From an uncultured delta proteobacterium (lineage in GTDB: Bacteria > Myxococcota > Myxococcia > Myxococcales > Anaeromyxobacteraceae): a DNA stretch of 64,000 nucleotides. Positions 11,058 to 20,467 of the stretch are shown one piece after another. The notes below the pieces were generated by a model. The model was not told the origin of the DNA. It saw only the letters and a program-made list of their open reading frames with translations, and ran no database searches. Positions within the stretch are counted from its first letter, which is position 1. Each line of letters opens with the position of its first letter. Position numbers and translations under genes: made by a program. The stretch spans positions 1 to 64,000 of the forward strand of contig CAWJSR010000055.1 in NCBI GenBank assembly GCA_963845515.1. Reading direction: 5' to 3'.

Positions 11058-12602
11058 ATGGCACACGAGACCGGCACGGACACTCGCATGGGCCCCTCCC
11101 CGGCCGAGCCGTCGTCCCTGATCGGCAAGACTGCGTGGAGTTCGATCGCATGCGTGGTCAGCGCCCTTGGCTCCCTCATCGTCGTCGTCGCCGCGTCACG
11201 CCTTCTCGGCCCCGAGGGTGCGGGCCAGGTCGCATACGCGGTCTGGGCGGCCACTCTCTCCGCTCAGGTGGGTCTCTTCGCACTTCCGCAGGCGGCGCTG
11301 CGTTTCCTTGCCGCTCCGACCGAGAGCCCCGGCGTCGCCCGCTGGCTCGTCAACCGGAGCGTCCTCCTCTCGCCGCTGGGAGTCCTCGGCGCCGCGGGGA
11401 TGCAAGTCGCGTCAGGCGCCTCGTGGGCCACGGTCGCGGCAACCGGCGCGCTCGCGTGGGCCGGCATGGCGCTCTCGTTGGGGCAGTCGGTCCTCTCCGG
11501 AACCCAACGATACGGACGCCTCGCGATGCTCAGCCTTTGGTCTGTCGCCCTCCAGGTGTGTGGCGCGATCGTCGGCTGCGTCGCGGGCGGGCCGATCGGA
11601 TGTATCCTCGGACAGTCGGCGGCGTGCGTGCCTCTCATCATCGGTTTGGCTGGGATCGTCGCCGATGGTCGCCGCCCGGACGGATCGGTGCTCCTACGAA
11701 TCCGATCGTACGCGATTCACATCTGGGTCGCATCGACCGCCGGCCTCGTCGCGTGGTCGCGCCTGGAGTACGTGTTCCTTCAAAGACACGGCGCTGCGAA
11801 CGTCGCAGTCTACGCGGTGGCGCTGGCCGTCGCCCAGCTGGGGCTCCAGCCTGCCACCATTCTGGGGAACGCCATGATTCCCCACTTCGGCGAATTGGCC
11901 AGCGGCGGACGCTCCGACACCTCGAAGGAGACCTTTGCCGCCGTCACGCGCGTGATGGCAGCACTGTCGCTTCCGCTGTGCCTGGGTCTGGCCGCGCTCA
12001 CCCCCGCACTGGTGCCAGCGGTATTCGGGCCGGGCTTCGCCGGCGCGATCACGCCTGCTGCGATTCTCGTGGCCGCGGCCTCCCTCGTCGCCGTCGCTCC
12101 CGCTGCCACCGCCGTGGCCCACGCGGAGGAGCGTAACCGCTACATCGCGACCGCCACCGTCGGCGGGGCCTTGATCGCAATAGCGGGATTCGTGACCGTC
12201 ATCCCGCGCTTTGGTGCGGTCGGAGCAGCCATCGTGCGCGCCACCGTTCAAGCCGGAGGTGTCGTCGTCGCGTTCTGGTACGTGCGAACGCGTTCCGGGA
12301 TGGAGATGCCTCTCGGCCGCATCCTGCGTTCCGTTGCGGCGGCGTCGGTCGCGGCCACCACAGGATACGCAGCGATTCGCGGGCTCACTCCGGGATGGCC
12401 CTCACTCCTTGCCGGAGTCGCCGCCATCGCGATCACCTACGCCCTGCTCGCGCCCCTCGCCAAGGTGTTGGAGCGCCGCGACGTGGAGCACCTCAACCGG
12501 CTCTTGAGCCGGCTGCCCCAATTCGGCAGAGTGCTCATCCAAAGATACGTGTCATCCCTGGCAGGCCAACCGCGCTTGAACGAACGACGACGGAACACAT
12601 AG
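11058..12602 (+). CDS. Wzx/MOP-type oligosaccharide flippase
   Basis: About 12-14 hydrophobic segments; SRLLGPEGAG, VAVYAVA, VFGPGF, IPRFGAVGAA patterns. Confidence 0.8.
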   Translation: MAHETGTDTRMGPSPAEPSSLIGKTAWSSIACVVSALGSLIVVVAASRLLGPEGAGQVAYAVWAATLSAQVGLFALPQAALRFLAAPTESPGVARWLVNRSVLLSPLGVLGAAGMQVASGASWATVAATGALAWAGMALSLGQSVLSGTQRYGRLAMLSLWSVALQVCGAIVGCVAGGPIGCILGQSAACVPLIIGLAGIVADGRRPDGSVLLRIRSYAIHIWVASTAGLVAWSRLEYVFLQRHGAANVAVYAVALAVAQLGLQPATILGNAMIPHFGELASGGRSDTSKETFAAVTRVMAALSLPLCLGLAALTPALVPAVFGPGFAGAITPAAILVAAASLVAVAPAATAVAHAEERNRYIATATVGGALIAIAGFVTVIPRFGAVGAAIVRATVQAGGVVVAFWYVRTRSGMEMPLGRILRSVAAASVAATTGYAAIRGLTPGWPSLLAGVAAIAITYALLAPLAKVLERRDVEHLNRLLSRLPQFGRVLIQRYVSSLAGQPRLNERRRNT

Positions 12603-12697
12603 CCGCAAACGAAGGCGCAAGACCACCCCGAGCCAATGAGTCTCACCGCTGACGAAACGGACACCTTGCAGCGCACGAGCGCTGGAGCGGTGGCGCC

Positions 12698-13411
12698 ATG
12701 AAGAACATAGTGCTCATAAACTCCAAGATCGCCGTATCCGACAAGAGGCTCTCTTACAGCGCAACCAGGAGCATATACTCTCGCGACGAGCGATTCTTGC
12801 AGACCAAGGCGACGCTCGAGTCGGCGAAGAAGCACATTCCCGAGCCCTACCTGGTGTTAATTGACAATTCAGCCTTGAGCAACGACGCCGTGGAGTACTT
12901 CAAGAACGAAGCGGATCTGTTCTTGAATCCAATCCACGACGAGAGGATGCGCCACGACACGGACATCAACGAAGCCAAGGCGATGGGCGAACTCTCACAA
13001 ATCAGGCATGCCCTGACGTATGTCGACAACTTTCCCTTCGAGTGGGGACACCTATTCAAACTCTGCGGAAGATACCTGATCAACGAACACTTCAACTACC
13101 GAAAGTTCGACAACGATCACAACATCTTCAGGGTCAACGAGCCGTTGACCAAGCACAAGTCGGACTTGCTCTCAAGAATACTGATGTCGAGAAGATGCTA
13201 TTTCACCAGCTTCTATAAGATATCCCGAAGGAACTATCCGCAATACAGGGAAGCCATCACCAGATCATACGACAACTACAGCAATGACCCGAAACTGCAG
13301 AATGAGCCGTTGGAGCTTGTTCTTTGCAGCGACATTGCCGACAAGAGGCCGATCAAGCCAATCGGCCTGACGATCAACTGTGCGGTCGAGAAGTGGATTG
13401 AAGACATCTGA
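12698..13411 (+). CDS. Hypothetical protein, low GC, possibly a GT-A-like glycan enzyme
   Basis: Clean 237-aa ORF rich in K/N/I/Y; RSIYSRDERFLQT..LES, LIDNS, LFKLCGRY. A sampled 60-nt line (13201-13260) is about 45% GC, well below its neighbours. Confidence 0.7.
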   Translation: MKNIVLINSKIAVSDKRLSYSATRSIYSRDERFLQTKATLESAKKHIPEPYLVLIDNSALSNDAVEYFKNEADLFLNPIHDERMRHDTDINEAKAMGELSQIRHALTYVDNFPFEWGHLFKLCGRYLINEHFNYRKFDNDHNIFRVNEPLTKHKSDLLSRILMSRRCYFTSFYKISRRNYPQYREAITRSYDNYSNDPKLQNEPLELVLCSDIADKRPIKPIGLTINCAVEKWIEDI

Positions 13412-13484
13412 GCACTTCGAAGGCGCGCGAACCGGCGGAGACGGATACGCTCGGGCACCGCCCCATGTTCCTGACGCCGCGACC

Positions 13485-14675
13485 ATGCAATCGCTGAGAG
13501 TCCTCGTCGTCGCGATGCCGGAGAGCGTCCACACGGCGCGCTGGATTGCACAGCTCGCGCCGACGACGAAGTGGTCGATCGAGCTCTTCTCGAGCCACCC
13601 GTCGGGCACGACCCACCCGTCGCTACTGGGCCTGACCACCCACCACTTCTTCCATGCAGCTCAGCGTGGGGTGGTGCAGCGAGGCATCCCGGTCCTGCAG
13701 CGCGACCTCGCCTACCTGGCGGAGCGGTCGCTGGAGCGCCTCCGGCCCAGCCTCCGCCGCGACGCGCTCGTCCGGCTCGTCCGACGGTTCCAGCCGGACG
13801 TCGTCCACTCCCTCGAGTTCCAGAGCGGCGCCTACCTCACGCTGCAGGCGAAGGAGGTCATCGGCGATCCTTTCCCTCCCTGGCTCGCGACCAACTGGGG
13901 GAGCGACATCGCGCACTTCCGCCAGTTCCCCGAGCACGCCGACCGGATCCGCCGCGTCCTGGCGTCGGCCGATGCGTATAGCTGCGAGTGTGCCCGCGAC
14001 GTCCGGTTGGCGGACGAGATGGGGTTTCGCGGCCTCCGCTTTCCCCCTTCACCCAACGCCGGCGGGTACGACCTCGAGGCGGCAGCCCCGCTCCGCGTGT
14101 CGCCGACCTCGCAGCGCCGGCTCGTCATGGTCAAGGGATACCAGCACTTCGTCGGCAGGGCGCTCGTCGCGCTGAAGGCCGTCGAGGCCTGCGCCGATGT
14201 GCTCTCGGGCCACCGGATCTGCGTCTACTCCGCCACCCCGGACGTTGCAGCGGAGGCGCGAGCCCTCGCGCACAGGACGGGGCTTCCGGTGGAGATCCTG
14301 CGGGCCGACGCGGGCGTTCCGCACGGCGAGATCCTGGCTCGACACGGCGCCGCCCGTGTCTCCATCGCGCTCAGCATGAGCGACGGGGTCAGCACCTCCT
14401 TCCTGGAGGCCCTGCTCATGGGCTCCTTCCCGCTCCAGTCGTGGACCTCCTGCGCGAACGAGTGGATCACCGACGGCGAGACCGGGATGCTGCTCCCGCC
14501 GGACGATCTCGACGAGGCTGCCCGTGCGCTCAGGCGTGCGCTGACCGATGACCACCTCGTCGACGCGGCGGCCGAGGCCAACTGGAGGACCGCGCAGGAA
14601 CGGCTCGACGCCGGTGACCTCGCACGGAAGGCCGTGGACATGTACACGCGGGTGGCCCGGCTGCGTCCGCGGTAG
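13485..14675 (+). CDS. GT4-family glycosyltransferase
   Basis: SVHTARW, PDVVHSLE, NWGSDI, SDGVSTSFLEALLMG, ITDGETGMLLPPDD. Confidence 0.85.
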   Translation: MQSLRVLVVAMPESVHTARWIAQLAPTTKWSIELFSSHPSGTTHPSLLGLTTHHFFHAAQRGVVQRGIPVLQRDLAYLAERSLERLRPSLRRDALVRLVRRFQPDVVHSLEFQSGAYLTLQAKEVIGDPFPPWLATNWGSDIAHFRQFPEHADRIRRVLASADAYSCECARDVRLADEMGFRGLRFPPSPNAGGYDLEAAAPLRVSPTSQRRLVMVKGYQHFVGRALVALKAVEACADVLSGHRICVYSATPDVAAEARALAHRTGLPVEILRADAGVPHGEILARHGAARVSIALSMSDGVSTSFLEALLMGSFPLQSWTSCANEWITDGETGMLLPPDDLDEAARALRRALTDDHLVDAAAEANWRTAQERLDAGDLARKAVDMYTRVARLRPR

Positions 14676-14741
14676 ACTTCAGCTCGACGCAGCACAGGCC
14701 CCCTCACTCGACGACGGGCCTCCAACTCCACCGGCGACCTC

Positions 14742-15758
14742 ATGGATCCTGCTCCCCTCGTCTCGATCGTCATCCCGGTCTACAACGGCGCCAACTACCT
14801 CCGGGAGGCGATCGACAGCGCACTGGCCCAGACCTACCCGCGGGTCGAGGTCCTCGTCGTCAACGACGGTTCGACCGACGGCGGAGCGACGGCGGCGATC
14901 GCGCGAGCCTACGGCGAGCGGATCCGCTACGTCGAGAAGGCGAACGGCGGCGTCTCCTCTGCCCTCAACGTGGGCATCCGCGAGATGCGCGGCGAGTACT
15001 TCTCGTGGCTGAGCCACGACGACCTCTACCGCCCGGAGCGGATCGCCACCCAGGTGGCCGTCGCGCTGCGACACCCGACGGCGGTCCTCTATGGCGACGT
15101 CGAGAACATCGACCCAGCGGGCCGAACGCTCGGCGGGAGACGCGTCGCAGCGCACCCGCCATCGATGCGACTCGCCATCATCATGGGGGATCCGGTCCAC
15201 GGCCTGACGGTGCTGATCCCACGCGCGTGCCTGGCGCGCGTCGGCGCCTTCGACGAGCACCTCCGGACGATCCAGGACTACGACATGTGGTTCCGCCTCG
15301 CGGCCCACTTCCCCTTCGTGCACGTCCCCGGCTTCCTCGCACGGTATCGGGTGCACCCCTCCCAGGGTACGCAGACTATCGGCGCGCGTTACGAGGAGTG
15401 CGTCGCCCAGTTCAAGCGCTTCATCTCGGCGCTGAGCGAGTCCGAGATCAGGGCCTTCTACTCCCGCCCCCTCACGACCTTCTACGCCCGCATCGCGCTC
15501 AACATGAAGCTGAGGGGGTTCGACGAGGTGGCGGCGTACGCACTGTCCCGGTCGCTGGAGCACGCCGGCGACGCCACACTCCCGTCCCTCCTCGCCCTCC
15601 ACTCCACGCGCCTTGCCTGCGCCGTGCTCACCCGGAAGCTGAAGCCAGCCTACTGGCTGCGCCGGCTGACACGGGACGATCGCACGGAGCAGACGCCCTC
15701 GTTGAACGGAGTCGCTCACACAGCCCTCCTGAGCCCCGCCTTCACGACCAGCACATAG
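14742..15758 (+). CDS. GT2-family glycosyltransferase
   Basis: VSIVIPVYNG, VVNDGSTD, NGGVSSALN, WLSHDD, QDYDMWFR. Confidence 0.9.
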   Translation: MDPAPLVSIVIPVYNGANYLREAIDSALAQTYPRVEVLVVNDGSTDGGATAAIARAYGERIRYVEKANGGVSSALNVGIREMRGEYFSWLSHDDLYRPERIATQVAVALRHPTAVLYGDVENIDPAGRTLGGRRVAAHPPSMRLAIIMGDPVHGLTVLIPRACLARVGAFDEHLRTIQDYDMWFRLAAHFPFVHVPGFLARYRVHPSQGTQTIGARYEECVAQFKRFISALSESEIRAFYSRPLTTFYARIALNMKLRGFDEVAAYALSRSLEHAGDATLPSLLALHSTRLACAVLTRKLKPAYWLRRLTRDDRTEQTPSLNGVAHTALLSPAFTTST

Positions 15759-16498
15759 AGCCAGTTCTTCAAGATGGACCGCTCCATTCGCGCCCTCACG
15801 CGGAGCGGCACGCCCATCCGCCTGGCGTGCGCGCGCTTCACCCGCGCGCTCTCGGCGATCTGCCGCCCCATCGAGGAGATCGACTTCGCGGAGGCGTGCG
15901 CGGTCATCAACGCCAGCACCCGCGGAATGCGCTCGACGCGCCGAGCGGACCCGAGAAGGCGGAGCCAGAGCTCGTAGTCGAGCGCGAGGTGGAGATCGGT
16001 CCGCAACCCTCCGACCTCCAGGAATGCCGCGCGCCGGAAGAACGTCGCGGGCTGCGACGGCCCCTGCGGGGACACCAGGACGTCGAGGACCGATCGGACG
16101 TCTGGCGTCACGTAGGGGCGAATCAGCCGGCCATTCTCGTCGACCACGTGCGCATCGCCATAGACCACGTCGAGGTCGGGGCTGGCGTCGAAGCGGGCGA
16201 GGACTGCGCGAAGCACATCGGGGGCTGCGTACACATCGTCCGAGTTGATCCACGCGACGATCTCGCCACCGGCAGCGAGGATCCCCTTGTTGACGGCCTC
16301 CGCCTGTCCCGAGTCCGGCTCGCTGGTCCAGCGGATGCGCGGGCCGTAGGAGCGCAGCAGGTCCTGGGTCCCGTCCGTGGACAGGCCGTCGACGACGATC
16401 ACCTCGGCATCGTCGATCCCCTGCGCGAGGCAGCCATCGATGCAGCGCCGGATGAACCCCGCCTGGTTTCTCGTGGGGATGACGAACGAGACTCTCAC
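15716..16498 (-). CDS. GT2-family glycosyltransferase (WcaE/WfgS-like)
   Basis: VSFVIPTRNQ, VDGLSTDGT, EPDSGQAEAVNKG, WINSDD, DYELWLR. Confidence 0.9.
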   Translation of the reverse strand: MRVSFVIPTRNQAGFIRRCIDGCLAQGIDDAEVIVVDGLSTDGTQDLLRSYGPRIRWTSEPDSGQAEAVNKGILAAGGEIVAWINSDDVYAAPDVLRAVLARFDASPDLDVVYGDAHVVDENGRLIRPYVTPDVRSVLDVLVSPQGPSQPATFFRRAAFLEVGGLRTDLHLALDYELWLRLLGSARRVERIPRVLALMTAHASAKSISSMGRQIAESARVKRAHARRMGVPLRVRARMERSILKNWLYVLVVKAGLRRAV

Positions 16499-16534
16499 TT
16501 GGCGACCAGCCCGAGATTACCACGCATGCCGTGA

Positions 16535-17628
16535 TCAGCCGCGAGCCACCCGGCGCGCGATCTCGATCGTTCTCCTCGCGCACTCGGTCCAGGTCGACGG
16601 CGCGCGGGTCAGGACCGTCCTCCCGGGCAGCCGCAGCGCCGCGAGGAGCGCGTCGGGATCGCCGAAGTCGATCTGCCGGTCGGGCGGCATGCCGAGCTCG
16701 TCGAACACGGGCAGGCGCGAGCTGATGACCTTCTTCCGGAACTCGACCGCGGCCTCCAGCACCGGGATGCCGAACCCCTCGTAGCGCGACGGGAAGACGA
16801 TCGCCTCCGCTCCCGCGTACACCCTCCGCACGTCCGCGTAGGGCAGGAAGCCGAGGTGGACCACGTCGTCCCCCACGCCGAGCTCGCGGGCGAGGCGCGC
16901 CAACCCCTTCCACGCGGGGTCTTCATCCCGCTGAAGACCAGCCTGGCGTCGAGGTCGCCGCGTCGGCGGAGCGCCGCGTACGTCCGGATGAGCTGGGCGT
17001 GGTTCTTGTGAGGGAAGGTCGCCGCCGGGTAATAGAGGTACGGGGAGGCGACGCGATCGGTCGGCGGGTCGTCGGAGGCGCGCGGCTCGTAGCCCAGGTG
17101 CACCGCCGTGATCCGCTCCGCGGAGACGCCGCACCGCTCGATCACGGTCGACCGCGTGAACTCGGAGATCGCGAGCAGGTGCTCGGCGCGGCCCATGGCC
17201 TGCGGATAGATCGCCGCGCGGAAGCAACGCTCCAGGAGGGCGATGTTCTCCGGGTGGAACAGGTGCTGGACGTCGACCACGGTGAGCAGCAGCCGCCCCG
17301 CGACCCGCTTGGGGAAGATCGACTGCTGGGGGAAGAGGATCACCTCGGCGCCCGATCGCAGGAAGGCGTCCTCGACGGCCCGCGCCCGCCAGGGGCTGAA
17401 GGCCTCCAGCAGTCGCTCGACGACGATCCGCCGGCCGCTCCGCGCGACGATGGCGCGCTCCCAGCCGGGGGTCTCGAGGCTCGCTGCCAGCCCCTCGTCG
17501 AGCACCGCCACGAGGGAGTCCCCAGCCTCGGCGACGCGCGGCAGCTCGGCGAGGAGCTTCCGCACGTAGGTCTCGGCGCCGCCGATCCGCCCGGGGCGGA
17601 AGGCGAGGAGGCTGACGGCCAACCTCAC
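16535..17628 (-). CDS. GT4-family (MtfB-like) glycosyltransferase; one frameshift near 16915
   Basis: GGAETYV, TVVDVQHLFHPE, AISEFTR, YPAATFPHKNH, then in the next frame FPSRYEGFGIPVLEA. Confidence 0.85.
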
Positions 17629-18440
17629 GCGGCCGCGCCCCCGCGGCGCGCCACCCGCAGCGCGCGCAGCAGCCGGTAGGCGCTGACGATCTGCAACGTC
17701 CGGAGCCGCTTGCGCAGCCGCAGGCCCGCGCCCGAGGGTGCGTAGCGCGCGAACACCGCCTCGTCCTCCCCGAACTGTCGCTCGAAGTCGGCCCCGCTCT
17801 TCGAGCGCATGTACCACCTGAAGGCCGCCAGCTCCTCGTCGATGAACAGCGGCGCCCGCTGGGCCGAGAGCCGGAGCCAGAGGTCATAGTCGAAGGTGTA
17901 GTGAAGTGCCTCGTCGAGGTAACCGATCCGCTCGTGCACCGGCCGACGCCAGAAGACGGTCATCTGGCTGACGAAGTTCTCGATCAGCAGCGCCTGCCGC
18001 GAATATCGCCGGCAGCGGTAGTCCTTGTAGGCGGCGAGCCACCGCCGGATCGGGCGGTCCTCCTCGTCCACGATGACGCAGCGGCCGTGCAGCCAGAGAA
18101 GGTCCGGCCGCTCGCGGAACGCCCGCGCAACCCGGTCCAGCGCGCCTGGGAGGAGCAGGTCGTCGGAGTTCACCCAGCCTACGACGTCGCCCGTGGCCGC
18201 ACGAAGCCCCTTGTTGACGGCGTTCGCCTGCCCGGCGTCGGGCTCGACGACGAAGCGAAGCCGGTCCGCGTAGCGCTCGAGGATCTCGCGGGTCCCGTCG
18301 GTGCTCCCTCCATCGAAGACGAGGTACTCGAGGTCGAAGTCCCCCTGCTGGTCCAGGACGCTTCGGACCGTCCGCTCGATGAACTCACCCTGGTTCAGCG
18401 AGGGGGTGACGACGCTGATCTTGAGCCGGCCGCCGGTCAC
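17625..18440 (-). CDS. GT2-family glycosyltransferase (WcaE/WfgS-like)
   Basis: ISVVTPSLNQG, FDGGSTDGT, EPDAGQANAVNKG, WVNSDD, DYDLWLR. GTGA coupling to both neighbours. Confidence 0.9.
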   Translation of the reverse strand: MTGGRLKISVVTPSLNQGEFIERTVRSVLDQQGDFDLEYLVFDGGSTDGTREILERYADRLRFVVEPDAGQANAVNKGLRAATGDVVGWVNSDDLLLPGALDRVARAFRERPDLLWLHGRCVIVDEEDRPIRRWLAAYKDYRCRRYSRQALLIENFVSQMTVFWRRPVHERIGYLDEALHYTFDYDLWLRLSAQRAPLFIDEELAAFRWYMRSKSGADFERQFGEDEAVFARYAPSGAGLRLRKRLRTLQIVSAYRLLRALRVARRGGAAA

Positions 18441-18826
18441 TTCGGCGCTCCACCAGCCGGCTTCACCGCTTCGCCCAGGCGTTCCAGCTCGGCGCGCAGG
18501 AGCGCGCACTCCTGCGTCAGTCGGCGCACCCGCGCCGAGTTGTCGGAGGCCGCGAGCGTCCCCGCGAGGACGTTGACCGCGAGGTAGAGGATGGCGACCG
18601 CGAAGAAGCCGTTGGACGGGACGTGGATCCCCACCAGGCCGGACACCGCGACGAGCAGCTCCGGAAAGGCCGTGACGAGGATCGCCAGCCCCGTCGTCAC
18701 CAGCCAGGCGAGGCTGTCGCGCACCGAGAGCCGCTGCCGGCGGATGAGCCGGACCACCCACACGAGGAAGACGGACAGGACGGCGAGCGCGCTCAGCCGC
18801 AGCTCGAGGGGGATGATCGCGTTCAC
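18437..18826 (-). CDS. DUF2304-family small membrane protein
   Basis: Three TM segments, IRRQRLS..SLAW, FP, VGIHVPSN and a C-terminal RRLTQECALL coiled coil. Translationally coupled to the upstream GT2. Confidence 0.75.
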   Translation of the reverse strand: MNAIIPLELRLSALAVLSVFLVWVVRLIRRQRLSVRDSLAWLVTTGLAILVTAFPELLVAVSGLVGIHVPSNGFFAVAILYLAVNVLAGTLAASDNSARVRRLTQECALLRAELERLGEAVKPAGGAPK

Positions 18827-19539
18827 GGTGCGGACTCCTCCCGGCGGCGGCGCGCCCGGACCGGGAGCAGCACCAGCGCGACCGTGACCTTGACCATGTA
18901 CAGGACGGACCTCAAGAGGGTGATGCTCGACGCGCCGTGGGCGCGATCCCTCATCCGCACGGGGACCTCGGCGACGCGCAAGCCGGCCCGGCAGGCGATC
19001 GCGATCGACTCCGGCTCCGGAAAGTCCGACGGGTAGCCTCGCGCGAAGAGCGCGATGGCGGCGCGGCCGGCCGCGCGGAAGCCGCTGGTGGAGTCGGTGA
19101 CCCGGGCGCCGCACCGGACGCGGATCAGGCCTGCCAGGTACCGGATCCCCGCGCGCCTCGCCAGGGTGGACCGGAACTCCCCGTCTCCCAGGAAGCGGGA
19201 TCCGACCACCAGATCGGCGGCGTTCGCGCGGATCGGCTCGAGGAGGCCGGGCAGGCTCGCGGCCTCGTGCTGCCCGTCGCCGTCGAACTGGACCGCCGCG
19301 GCGTAGCCGTGCTCGTGCGCCCAGAGGTAGCCGGCCTGGACCGCACCCCCGATCCCGAGGTTCATCGGCAGCCGCAAGACGCGGAACCCGAGCCTTCGCG
19401 CCGCGTCGCCCGTTCCGTCGGTGGAGCCGTCGTCCACGACGCAGACGTCGGCGTCCGGGGCGTGCCGCCGGAGGTCCTCCGCGACCGCGGGCAGGCTTCG
19501 CGCTTCGTTGAAGGCCGGAACGATGACCAGCGTCCGCAT
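18823..19539 (-). CDS. DPM1/polyprenyl-phosphate sugar synthase-like GT2
   Basis: VPAFNEA, VDDGSTDGT, NLGIGGAVQAG, QFDGDGQH, VGSRF, TDSTSGFRA, EVPVRMRDR. Confidence 0.85.
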   Translation of the reverse strand: MRTLVIVPAFNEARSLPAVAEDLRRHAPDADVCVVDDGSTDGTGDAARRLGFRVLRLPMNLGIGGAVQAGYLWAHEHGYAAAVQFDGDGQHEAASLPGLLEPIRANAADLVVGSRFLGDGEFRSTLARRAGIRYLAGLIRVRCGARVTDSTSGFRAAGRAAIALFARGYPSDFPEPESIAIACRAGLRVAEVPVRMRDRAHGASSITLLRSVLYMVKVTVALVLLPVRARRRREESAP

Positions 19540-19555
19540 GGGAGCGTGAATCTAT

Positions 19556-19591
19556 AACGAAAACGCCGCCCCGGTCTCCCGAGGCGGCGTT
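19556..19591 (-). terminator. Intrinsic terminator after rplC
   Basis: Minus strand AACGCCGCCTCGG-GAGA-CCGGGGCGGCGTT followed by TTCGTT, about 30 nt after the rplC stop. Confidence 0.75.
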
Positions 19592-19618
19592 CGAGTCCAG
19601 GCGTCCTGCCGGAAGGGC

Positions 19619-20329
19619 CTAGACCTTCGGCTTGGCGCGGGCGCGCTCGACCTGCACCTGCTTCGCCCGCGGCTGGCCCTTGACCGCCGTGTTGACGAAG
19701 AGGATGCCGTCGGCGTGGCCGGGGACCGCGCCCTTGACGAGCAGCACGTTCGACTCGGGCTCGATCCCGACGATCGTCAGGTTCTGGATGGTGATGTTGT
19801 CGTTGCCGTAGTGGCCGGGGAGGTGCTTGCCCTTCCAGACCTTGCCCGGCGTCTTGCGCTGACCGATCGCGCCGACGTGCCGGTGGTGCTCGTGCGCCGT
19901 CGAGGAGTCTCGCGCCGCGCCGTGCATGCCCCACTTCTTGATGACGCCGGCGAAGCCGCGCCCCTTGGTGACGCCAGCGACGTCGATCCGCTGGTTGAGC
20001 TTGAAGACCTTGTCGACCGTGAGGACGTCGCCAGCCTTCAGCTCGCCGAGCACCTTGGCGTCCTTGACCCGGATCTCCTTGAGGTGCCGGAAGATCGGCG
20101 TGCCGGCCTTCTTGAAGACGCCGAGCTCCGCCTTGCTGAGCCGGTAGGAGTGCTTCTCGTCCATCTGGCCGAAGCCGAGGACGACGCCGTCGTAGCCGTC
20201 CTTGTCCGCGCTCTTGCGGCGGATCACCGTGCAGGGACCCGCCTCGATCACGGTCACCGGGATGCAGTCACCCTCCGCGGTGAAGACCTGCGTCATCCCG
20301 ACCTTCTTCGCCAACAGACCTGTCGCCAT
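19619..20329 (-). CDS. rplC: 50S ribosomal protein L3
   Basis: KKVGMTQVF, PVTVIEAGPC, DGYD, DVAGVTKGRGFAGVIKKWG, GAIGQRKTPGKV, LLVKGAVPG. GAGG RBS upstream of the ATG. Confidence 0.97.
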   Translation of the reverse strand: MATGLLAKKVGMTQVFTAEGDCIPVTVIEAGPCTVIRRKSADKDGYDGVVLGFGQMDEKHSYRLSKAELGVFKKAGTPIFRHLKEIRVKDAKVLGELKAGDVLTVDKVFKLNQRIDVAGVTKGRGFAGVIKKWGMHGAARDSSTAHEHHRHVGAIGQRKTPGKVWKGKHLPGHYGNDNITIQNLTIVGIEPESNVLLVKGAVPGHADGILFVNTAVKGQPRAKQVQVERARAKPKV

Positions 20330-20398
20330 GTGTACACCTCGCATTGGTCCGCCGCGCGTCGTGAAGGGCCGCGGAGGACTTGCCGTGGAAAGGGCGCG

Positions 20399-20427
20399 GT
20401 TCTACCCGCCAGGGCGTGCCCTGTCAA
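20399..20427 (-). promoter_or_regulatory. Sigma70-type promoter for rplC
   Basis: Minus strand TTGACA-N17-TAGAAC about 70 nt upstream of the start codon; a CCCCCG/CGGGGG hairpin at 20434-20451 lies just upstream. Confidence 0.7.
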
Positions 20428-20467
20428 GCGAAGCCCCCGGTTAGACGGGGGAAACCAGCGGACCGGC

